The translations under genes were made by a program, and so were the position numbers. A DNA stretch of 64,000 nucleotides. Origin: an uncultured Spirochaetota bacterium. GTDB taxonomy: Bacteria > Spirochaetota > Brevinematia > Brevinematales > JAOACQ01. The notes below the pieces were generated by a model. The model made no database searches and had not been told where the DNA came from. It was given only the letters and a program-made list of their open reading frames with translations. Location: assembly GCA_963835575.1 (NCBI GenBank), contig CAWIGG010000002.1, positions 198,141 to 262,140 of the forward strand, in the 5' to 3' direction. Numbering within the stretch: the first letter of the stretch is position 1; the number at the start of each line of letters is the position of its first letter. Below are positions 40,396 to 47,729 of the stretch, one piece after another.

Positions 40396-43098
40396 ATGAG
40401 AAAAGTATTTCCAAGAAAGCAATTTTGGCTTACTTTGATGTTTTTTGCTGTCGGTATTTCTCTAGCAGTAATCGTATCTTGTTCCCTTTCAACTTTTGGA
40501 GGCGGTCCTAATGCGGATTACTCTAAAGTCAATCATGCGCCGAGCTATCCGGGTGTGGCAACACGGGCGGCTCCTATGGTCATTGATACCAATGTCTCGG
40601 TTGATGCTTCAACTGTTGTCAGGACCATGCCGGACGATTTGTTCGGGAACAACATTGCGGCCTGGGAAGGGAGTACGGATGGGAAGGACGCCTTTTTGAA
40701 TGACTTCATGAAGATAAGCGGCATGAAACTGATCCGTTATCCCGGCGGTTCATGGGCAGATATCGTGGCCTGGGACACGGTCGGAGTGCCTTCAAGCAAT
40801 TCATGGGAGCTGGACAATAATGAGTCAATAGCTTTTGCGAAAGCAGCCGGAGCCAATCTCCAGGCGATCGTCAACTTCAGCGGATACTGGGACGGCGTTC
40901 AGCATACACCGGCCGATGCGGTGGCTAAAGCGTCCAACTGGGTCGCCTATATGAAGAACACCGCCGCTTTTCCAATTAAATACTGGGAAATCGGCAATGA
41001 ATCATACGGCAGCTGGGAACAGGGCTACACAAATGGAGCCGCCTATGGCAGCCGTTTTGCCGATTTTTATAAGGCAATGAAAGCCATTGATTCCACGATC
41101 CAGATCGGGGCCGTTTCCACGCCTTACGATAACGGCGACAGCTATACAGGATATTACTGGTGGATGAGGGATATGTTATCCAATTCAATAGCAAAAGGAG
41201 TGATTCCGGATTACCTGATTATCCATACCTATCCGATGGACGAAGCCATGTCGGCCGATGCCGACGCAAGGCTGTTACAGGCGCCCTGGACGATATCTCA
41301 ATTGACGGCTAACCTGGACCAGATCGTGGCCAATTATGCCGGATCAAGCTATGTTGGAAAGATTCCATATAGAATGACGGAATACCGTTCCGTTTTGAAC
41401 AGCCGCGGCCAGACGATCACTTTCCTGGACGCAATGTTCACGGCACAGTACATCATGGAAATGGCGAAACACGGCTGGGCCGGGGCCAATTTGTGGAATA
41501 TCAGGAACGGTATGAGTACCAGTTATAATGGAGATTACGGCATATTTCAAAAAACCAGTTCAGGAACTGTTATTGACGACTATTACACAACTTATCTTGT
41601 GTTCCCGTTCCTGAGCAGTAAATTCGGGCGCAGCATGGTCAATGCGTCGGTCACAAGCAATTCCTATATCAATGCCTATGCTGCCAAGGATGCATCCGGT
41701 AATCTGACCATATTGCTGATCAATAATTCTCCGGATACAGACCTTACGGCCCAGGTGAACATTACCGGTTTTACCGCCGCGACAAACGGGTTGGAATGGG
41801 TGCTGGCTCCGGCCGGTATGACGGCGAGCGGCGCCACAACACCAATACAGGAATGCACGAATATTTCCTATAACGGTGTGGTCCACCCGAGCGCTCAAAC
41901 TGCTTATTACACGAGCGGCATACCGATAAAAACAGGGACGAATTTTCCGGTTCCAGTGAAAAAAAGCACGATGGTTCTGGTTAATGTTCCCAGTACGGCC
42001 AATGCCAGCAGTTCATCATCCGTTTCTTCCATGTCTTTCGCTTCTTCCAGCAGCCGTCCGAGTGATATTGTGCAAACTATTCCCGGAAAAGTTATTGGGG
42101 ATTATTATACGAATATGAACGGCATTCAAGTTGAATCCTGCGGCGATTCAAACGGCGTTGGAGACGGATACGATATCGGTTATATAGATTATGGAGATTG
42201 GTGCGATTACAACGTTAATGTCCAGAGTACGGCAAATTATAATGTGGAATTCAGGATCGCAGGCGCAACACCGGCTGGATGTATCCAGATTTATACGAAT
42301 GGACAATGGATCATGCAGACGATATCTACTCTACCGGCAACAACTGGATATCAGGACTGGACTTCCTATAATACAAATTTCACACTGACTGCCGGGCGTT
42401 ATGTACTGCGGGTCTTTTTCAACGGGAACGGCTTTAACTTCGAATATGCCAATTTCACGATACCGGGCGGTTCTTCATCGAGTTCCAGCGCAGCATCTTC
42501 GGTACCGGCAAGCTCCAGCCGTTCGAGTGTTGCGTCCAGTGTGGCTTCGAGTATTGCATCGTCAACCGCAGTGAGTTCAAGCCGTGCCGCGTCCAGCGTC
42601 GCTTCTTCAGTTGCCGTCAGTTCGAGCCGGTCGAGCGCTGCATCCTCAGCGGCAGTAAGCTCCAGCAGATCGAGCGCTGCGTCTTCTGTGGCTGTGAGTT
42701 CGAGCCGGGCCGCATCAAGTGCAGTTTCCAGTGCTGCGGTTTCCAGTGCGGCTTCCAGCACAGCCGCTTCATCTGGCGGTTACGCCGTGAATTATACTGT
42801 TAATAATGACTGGGGCGCAGGCGCCACTTGCACGGTGACCATTAAAAACAATAGCGCGGCAGCCCTCAGCAGCTGGTCTCTTGTCTGGACCTTTGCAGGC
42901 AACCAGGCTATAACCCAGATATGGAGCGCCAGTCAGACTACCAGCGGTGAAACGGTGACAGCCGTCAATCTCAGTTACAACGGTGCGATAGGAGCGAACG
43001 GCGGAACACAGAGTTTCGGCTTTAATCTCTCATACAGCGGGTCCAATGCCAAACCAACAGCATTCACTTTAAACGGAACTGCATGTTCAATTTATTAA
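40396..43098 (+). CDS. Clan GH-A (beta/alpha)8 hydrolase (GH51/GH30/GH79-like, family unresolved) - CBM6 - Ser linker - CBM2-like; lipoprotein
   Basis: AAGGAG RBS. Signal ending IVSC|S. LIRYPGGSWADIVAWD, KYWEIGNESYGSWEQGY, YRMTEYRS. C-terminal beta-sandwich. CBM6-like module. Confidence 0.75.
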   Translation: MRKVFPRKQFWLTLMFFAVGISLAVIVSCSLSTFGGGPNADYSKVNHAPSYPGVATRAAPMVIDTNVSVDASTVVRTMPDDLFGNNIAAWEGSTDGKDAFLNDFMKISGMKLIRYPGGSWADIVAWDTVGVPSSNSWELDNNESIAFAKAAGANLQAIVNFSGYWDGVQHTPADAVAKASNWVAYMKNTAAFPIKYWEIGNESYGSWEQGYTNGAAYGSRFADFYKAMKAIDSTIQIGAVSTPYDNGDSYTGYYWWMRDMLSNSIAKGVIPDYLIIHTYPMDEAMSADADARLLQAPWTISQLTANLDQIVANYAGSSYVGKIPYRMTEYRSVLNSRGQTITFLDAMFTAQYIMEMAKHGWAGANLWNIRNGMSTSYNGDYGIFQKTSSGTVIDDYYTTYLVFPFLSSKFGRSMVNASVTSNSYINAYAAKDASGNLTILLINNSPDTDLTAQVNITGFTAATNGLEWVLAPAGMTASGATTPIQECTNISYNGVVHPSAQTAYYTSGIPIKTGTNFPVPVKKSTMVLVNVPSTANASSSSSVSSMSFASSSSRPSDIVQTIPGKVIGDYYTNMNGIQVESCGDSNGVGDGYDIGYIDYGDWCDYNVNVQSTANYNVEFRIAGATPAGCIQIYTNGQWIMQTISTLPATTGYQDWTSYNTNFTLTAGRYVLRVFFNGNGFNFEYANFTIPGGSSSSSSAASSVPASSSRSSVASSVASSIASSTAVSSSRAASSVASSVAVSSSRSSAASSAAVSSSRSSAASSVAVSSSRAASSAVSSAAVSSAASSTAASSGGYAVNYTVNNDWGAGATCTVTIKNNSAAALSSWSLVWTFAGNQAITQIWSASQTTSGETVTAVNLSYNGAIGANGGTQSFGFNLSYSGSNAKPTAFTLNGTACSIY
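42079..42462 (+). other. CBM6-like module
   Basis: IPGKVIGDYYTNMNGIQVES...IGYIDYGDWCDYNVNVQSTANYNVEFRIAG...TTGYQDWTSYNTNFTLTAGRYVLRVFF. Confidence 0.7.
42472..42774 (+). repeat. Ser-rich linker-coding degenerate tandem repeat
   Basis: SSSSSSAASSVPASSSRSSVASSVASS... Confidence 0.8.
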
Positions 43099-43120
43099 AG
43101 AAAAAAGCTCATTAACATCT

Positions 43121-43157
43121 TTCTGCCCCCGCAAATAGCGGGGGCAGAATTTTTTTC
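43121..43157 (+). terminator. Rho-independent terminator
   Basis: TTCTGCCCCCGC-aaata-GCGGGGGCAGAA + TTTTTTT. Confidence 0.85.
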
Positions 43158-43217
43158 AGCAGAACGGCTGTCATGAATTTCAAGGGTTCATCGTTTAAAT
43201 CTTACCATTGGTAGGAT

Positions 43218-43290
43218 AAAAACCATACCCCGGGAACGGGTAAAACCATACCTTTTGTCCAGACGGATTAATGCGGTTGTTTTTTATAAT
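43218..43290 (+). promoter_or_regulatory. Twin direct-repeat promoter motif upstream of GH8 gene
   Basis: AAAAACCATAC (43218-43228) and AAAACCATAC (43242-43251) in 23-nt register. TATAAT 43285-43290. ATG 43421. Confidence 0.5.
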
Positions 43291-43420
43291 AATAGGCCCT
43301 GATTAAGGTTAAAAAATAAAAACAATTATCCCAAATGATTTTACCGCGATTTGCATCTTTTTATTATTTATCAGATATCAACGAAAGAAATATTACATAT
43401 AAAAAAGGAGGAAAAGAAAA

Positions 43421-45211
43421 ATGAGGAAAATCTTAGTAAGGTTTCTGCTTCTTGCTCTAACTCTTGCGGCCGCATTGTGTGTTGTGTCATGCGCGTTATC
43501 AATCCCGGACGGATCGAATCAGGGTGAAAAATCCCAGCCTTTGGGTTCGGGCTTGAGGGCCGCTCCGGTAGGCAGCGGCGCGTATCCTTACGGAACTGTT
43601 CTCGGGAATGACAATCAAATGCTTGTCAACAGCTACAGCACCTGGAAATCGAAATACGTCACTTCTTCCGGGGCGTCGGGTTATCTGAGGGTCCAGCGCC
43701 CGGAAAATAACAATGATACTGTTTCGGAGGGCATCGGCTACGGCATGCTTATTGCCGTTTATATGAATGACCAGGCGACATTCAACTCTCTGTGGAGCTA
43801 TGCCCAGAAGTATCTGGACGCCGACGGCCTGATGAACTGGCAGATTGACAGTTCCGGGAACGTTATCGGACAGAACGGGGCCACGGACGCCGATGAGGAT
43901 ATGACTCTGGCACTGGTTGCCGCCGATAAATTATGGGGCGGCTATACTTCTCAGGCCACGGGCATGATCCAGAAAATTTATAATAACGAGGTCGAAAGCG
44001 GCACCTACTGCATAAAGCCGGGTGATGTCTGGGGCGGATCGGCATGTATGAACCCATCGTATTTTGCCACAGCGGAATACCGGGTTTTCGCACAGTATTC
44101 CGGCAATACAGGCTGGACTTCCGCGGCATCGGAATGCTATACGGTTTTAAACGCTAATAAAAACGCCACTACCGGTCTGGTGATGGACTGGTGCCAGGCT
44201 AACGGTACCCCTTCTTCCCAGCAGCCCGGTGGAACCAATTATCTCTATGATGCTTGCCGCGTTCCGATGAGAATATCTCTGGATTATCTGTGGTTCGGGA
44301 CTTCAAGCGCACAGACTTTCCTGAATACAATGATCGGCTGGTTTGCCAATATCGGCGCAGCAAATATTAAGTCCAGTTATACTGTAACCGGGACCCCGCT
44401 TGTGACTTACCAGGATTGCGCCTTTTTAGGGCCCATCGCTGCCGGTTCATGCTCGGCATCAGTCAGTTCAACTTTCAGGTCTGATATTTTTACCGATTTG
44501 ACCAACAGGGGCGTTAATAACAATTACTATAATGATTCTCTGGCAATGATCTGCATGCTGATCACAACCGGACACTTCCCGAATCCTCTAACTTTGAGCG
44601 GGAACTCTTCATCTTCCGCAGCTGCCAGTTCGAGCCGTTCCAGCGCCGCCTCTTCAGCAGCTGTGAGCTCCAGTGCAAGCGTAGCTTCTTCTGCCGCTGT
44701 GAGTTCGAGCCGGTCGAGCGTCGCTTCTTCAGTTGCCGTCAGTTCGAGCCGGTCGAGCGCTGCATCCTCAGCGGCAGTAAGCTCTAGCAGATCGAGCGCT
44801 GCGTCTTCTGTGGCTGTGAGTTCGAGCCGGGCCGCATCAAGTGCAGCTTCCAGCGCCGCAGTGTCCAGTGCGGCTTCAAGTACAGCCGGCGGATATGCTG
44901 TGAATTATACAGTCAATAATGATTGGGGCGCAGGCGCTACATGCACGGTAACCATAAAGAACAATAGCGCCGCGGCTGTAAACGGATGGACCTTAGTATG
45001 GACTTACACGGGTAATCAGACTCTCACACAGATATGGAACGCTGCATATACTGCAAGCGGAGAGACCATTACCGTCACAAACGCAAGCTTTAACAATGTT
45101 ATCAGTGCTAACGGCGGGACTCAGAGCTTCGGCTTCAATTTGAGCTATAGCGGATCCAATGCCAAACCAACGGCGTTTACGCTGAACGGGACGGCATGTA
45201 CAACGTACTAA
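43421..45211 (+). CDS. GH8 glycanase lipoprotein - Ser linker - CBM2-like
   Basis: AGGAGG RBS. Signal ending VVSC|A. NNDTVSEGIGYGMLIAVYMND, GATDADEDMTLALVAADKLWG, PSYFA, DACRVPMRISLDY. Confidence 0.85.
   Translation: MRKILVRFLLLALTLAAALCVVSCALSIPDGSNQGEKSQPLGSGLRAAPVGSGAYPYGTVLGNDNQMLVNSYSTWKSKYVTSSGASGYLRVQRPENNNDTVSEGIGYGMLIAVYMNDQATFNSLWSYAQKYLDADGLMNWQIDSSGNVIGQNGATDADEDMTLALVAADKLWGGYTSQATGMIQKIYNNEVESGTYCIKPGDVWGGSACMNPSYFATAEYRVFAQYSGNTGWTSAASECYTVLNANKNATTGLVMDWCQANGTPSSQQPGGTNYLYDACRVPMRISLDYLWFGTSSAQTFLNTMIGWFANIGAANIKSSYTVTGTPLVTYQDCAFLGPIAAGSCSASVSSTFRSDIFTDLTNRGVNNNYYNDSLAMICMLITTGHFPNPLTLSGNSSSSAAASSSRSSAASSAAVSSSASVASSAAVSSSRSSVASSVAVSSSRSSAASSAAVSSSRSSAASSVAVSSSRAASSAASSAAVSSAASSTAGGYAVNYTVNNDWGAGATCTVTIKNNSAAAVNGWTLVWTYTGNQTLTQIWNAAYTASGETITVTNASFNNVISANGGTQSFGFNLSYSGSNAKPTAFTLNGTACTTY
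44606..44887 (+). repeat. Ser-rich linker-coding degenerate tandem repeat
   Basis: SSSSAAASSSRSSAASSAAVSSSASVASS... Confidence 0.8.
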
Positions 45212-45219
45212 AATAAAAA

Positions 45220-45288
45220 AGCGGGCGTCCCTCACCAGTTTGTCAAGCTCCACCTGAGAAACAAACAAACTGGTGAGGGACGCCCGCT
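45220..45288. terminator. Long (24-bp stem) bidirectional terminator hairpin between convergent genes
   Basis: AGCGGGCGTCCCTCACCAGTTTGT-21 nt-ACAAACTGGTGAGGGACGCCCGCT, A-run upstream, T-rich downstream. The inner 15-bp arms are identical to a hairpin inside the intron (23546-23595). Confidence 0.7.
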
Positions 45289-45310
45289 ATTACTACTTTA
45301 TTATCTTATT

Positions 45311-45835
45311 TCAATTGTCTCTATGGTCTCTTTTTTTATCTTCCCTGCCGGGCTTCTCTTTAGCGTTTTTTCCTCTTTGACTATTATCATTCCCTTTCTT
45401 TGGTTCTTCATTTTTCCAGCCGCGTTTGTCCCAGTATTTATTCTTATGCCATTCCTTCCAGTGGGCCTTTGTGTCATTCCATTTTACTTTTACCGCATCA
45501 TTCCGTGAATCTCTCCACCTGGGAGGCATATGCGTGATTGCGTAGGGAACACGCCGGTTATCAACAACAACCCAGTTCCCGGAATAATTATCCGATCTGT
45601 ACCAGCCCCCCTGCAATGGCCTCCACCAGAAGCCTTCATAAAAGAAAATGTCGTTGTTATCGGAAGATGTGTAGTAGATATAGGTGCCCGGTATAACAAT
45701 CAGATCTGGATTGGAACCTAAAACGATATTGGCCACAGTTTTGTGAACGATAAGTGATGCAGTGGCAGCAGGCGCCTGTGAGAAAAGCGCCGCAATAAAC
45801 AAAAAGATCAGAATGAAAAAGGTTCTTTTCAACAT
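45311..45835 (-). CDS. Secreted hypothetical protein with aromatic/Gly-rich core and Lys/Arg-rich tail
   Basis: AAGGAG RBS. Signal peptide MLKRTFFILIFLFIAALFSQAPA. FFYEGFWWRPLQGGWYRSDNYSGNWVVV. No family recognised. Confidence 0.6.
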   Translation of the reverse strand: MLKRTFFILIFLFIAALFSQAPAATASLIVHKTVANIVLGSNPDLIVIPGTYIYYTSSDNNDIFFYEGFWWRPLQGGWYRSDNYSGNWVVVDNRRVPYAITHMPPRWRDSRNDAVKVKWNDTKAHWKEWHKNKYWDKRGWKNEEPKKGNDNSQRGKNAKEKPGREDKKRDHRDN

Positions 45836-45950
45836 ACTGTACTCCTTTTTTAAAATTTGTTTATACGATTAAATAATATAACCCAAAAAGTCTTAAGAAT
45901 CAAGGATTAATCCGATTAAAAAAACAGCAGCGGGATCAAAATGGGAAGGA

Positions 45951-47729
45951 TCAGAAAGGCCATTCTGGGAGCCATTTCAGTAATTGAACATAGTCTCTGC
46001 CGGCCGGCATTCCGGAAATGACCGGATAAAAGATGATAAAAAGGGCCGCCGCGGCCGCCAGCCAGCCGTAAATCAAAAACCGGGTCCATGTTTTCTTTTC
46101 CGTAATATGACGCATTATATAAACGGCGCAGAGGACCATAAAAGGAACGGCCGCGTAGAAATGATAAATCCAGGTCAGTCTCTGCACAAGAATCCACGGG
46201 AGATACTGGGCAAAAAAGCCCGTCAGGATGAAGAAAGCCTTTTTGTCCCTTGTTTTAATACCGGCGATAAGGCATGCTATGACAGCCAGAATGCCCGGCC
46301 ACCAGACCGCTGGATTTCCCATGGCGGCTATGGTGGAGACGGTGACGGCCGGAAAATATTCATGGCCGCTGTAGTACCAGACGGGTTTCAGCATCAGCGG
46401 CCATGTCCACCATTTTGAAGCGTAGGGATGTGTTGCATTGAGGCTGGTATGATAGCGGAGCATGTTCAGCTGGTTGCCCAGGATCTGGTCCAATCCCGGG
46501 CCGCGCGCGAAAGGCGTGGGCAGGTAGGAAAGAACATATACTGACGCGGGAATGACGATGAATGACAGCGCGGCAATCCCGGCCAGCTTGAGGATTTGCC
46601 CGGGATAGCGCCTGACGGAAGCCTTGAGCGTTTCCGCATCTCCGTCCGGAATATTTTTCCCCGCATTGATTTTCCGGGCCGCGCAGGAACGGTATTCCTG
46701 AAAACTCCTGAAGACGGCCGCAAAGAAAATAACGGCAAGTCCCGCGCCGGCGTAAAAAGAAATCCACTTGACCGATATGCCGAGTCCGAAAAAAAGTCCG
46801 CTGAGGAGGAGCGGACAGGCCGCTTTTTTAAGGCCGTTTTTAAAAAGGTCCCCGCTGTAAAAACAGTACATGAAATAATACATCAGAATGATAAAAAAGA
46901 CGGCAAATGTGTCGACAGTCCCTATCCGGGATTCTGTAAAATGGAGAAAATCGGCCGCGAACAGTATCAGCGCGAAAAACGCGTATTTCCGGCTGTTGAA
47001 TAATCCGCGGGCGAGCAAGTAAAGAATGATGAGCATGCCGATCCCGAAGAGGGCGCCCATCACGCGCCAGCCGAAGGGGCCCATGCCGGAAAGAAATATT
47101 CCGCCTGCGATGATCAGTTTGCCGAGGGGCGGATGCGTCCACTCAAAAGGCTCCATTCCATGAAGATATTCGTACGCCGTCCGGGCCGTGTAAATTTCGT
47201 CAAAATACATACTATTATAGAAGGAAGGAGTAAAAGGAACGGCCGCCTGTTCGTCAAAAAGGTTGGCCGGAGAACCTTCGCTTAACGGGCTGATTTTTAC
47301 CGGGATGATATTTTTTACTCTTAAAAGGCGGTACATATTATTTTCTTCTCCCCAGATGCCGGCCTCGTAAAGAGTGGAACCGGGAATTTCCACTGTCAGC
47401 CGGATAAAAGCGGCGCTGAAATCATATTCCGTCCTTTTCCAGGCAAAAAGAGAGGGGATGAGGGCCCGGTCTTTCATCCAGTTTGTGCCGTCCTGTGAAT
47501 ATTCCAGATCGTATCGCCCTTCGCCGCTTATACCGCCGAAACAGGAAATATATTTTACGTCTTGTTTTCCGCCCAGGTCAATAATAAAGCTTTCACTTTG
47601 TGCGGCCGGCTTCCAGCCGGTGCGGGGGCTTTTCGGGCTTCCGAGATTAAGGAAGGCGATAAAGCTGTACACGCATAATAACAGGCAGAGGAATATCAGC
47701 TCCTTGTTTGTAAAGGGAAGTCTGGTCAT
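45951..47729 (-). CDS. GT-C fold, GT39/PMT-like polyprenyl-phosphate-sugar:protein O-glycosyl(mannosyl)transferase with discoidin-like insert
   Basis: YFDEIYTARTAYEYLHGMEPFEWTHPPLGKLIIAGG (loop-1 DE motif). Many TM helices. C-terminal WIYHFYAAVPF. Insert GWKPAAQSESFIIDLGGKQDVKYISCFG..YDLEYSQDGTNW after TM1. ATGA overlap with the upstream gene. Confidence 0.8.
   Translation of the reverse strand: MTRLPFTNKELIFLCLLLCVYSFIAFLNLGSPKSPRTGWKPAAQSESFIIDLGGKQDVKYISCFGGISGEGRYDLEYSQDGTNWMKDRALIPSLFAWKRTEYDFSAAFIRLTVEIPGSTLYEAGIWGEENNMYRLLRVKNIIPVKISPLSEGSPANLFDEQAAVPFTPSFYNSMYFDEIYTARTAYEYLHGMEPFEWTHPPLGKLIIAGGIFLSGMGPFGWRVMGALFGIGMLIILYLLARGLFNSRKYAFFALILFAADFLHFTESRIGTVDTFAVFFIILMYYFMYCFYSGDLFKNGLKKAACPLLLSGLFFGLGISVKWISFYAGAGLAVIFFAAVFRSFQEYRSCAARKINAGKNIPDGDAETLKASVRRYPGQILKLAGIAALSFIVIPASVYVLSYLPTPFARGPGLDQILGNQLNMLRYHTSLNATHPYASKWWTWPLMLKPVWYYSGHEYFPAVTVSTIAAMGNPAVWWPGILAVIACLIAGIKTRDKKAFFILTGFFAQYLPWILVQRLTWIYHFYAAVPFMVLCAVYIMRHITEKKTWTRFLIYGWLAAAAALFIIFYPVISGMPAGRDYVQLLKWLPEWPF

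Noticed and set aside
1-45211. The regularly spaced ~39-nt repeats could have been a CRISPR array. The multi-enzyme cluster could have been a cellulosome (dockerin/cohesin/scaffoldin).
   Set aside because: The repeats are in frame inside coding sequence, contiguous with no unique spacers, and encode Ser-rich linkers, so there is no CRISPR. I found no dockerin-type duplicated Ca-binding segment and no cohesin-bearing scaffoldin. The shared C-terminal module is CBM2-like instead.
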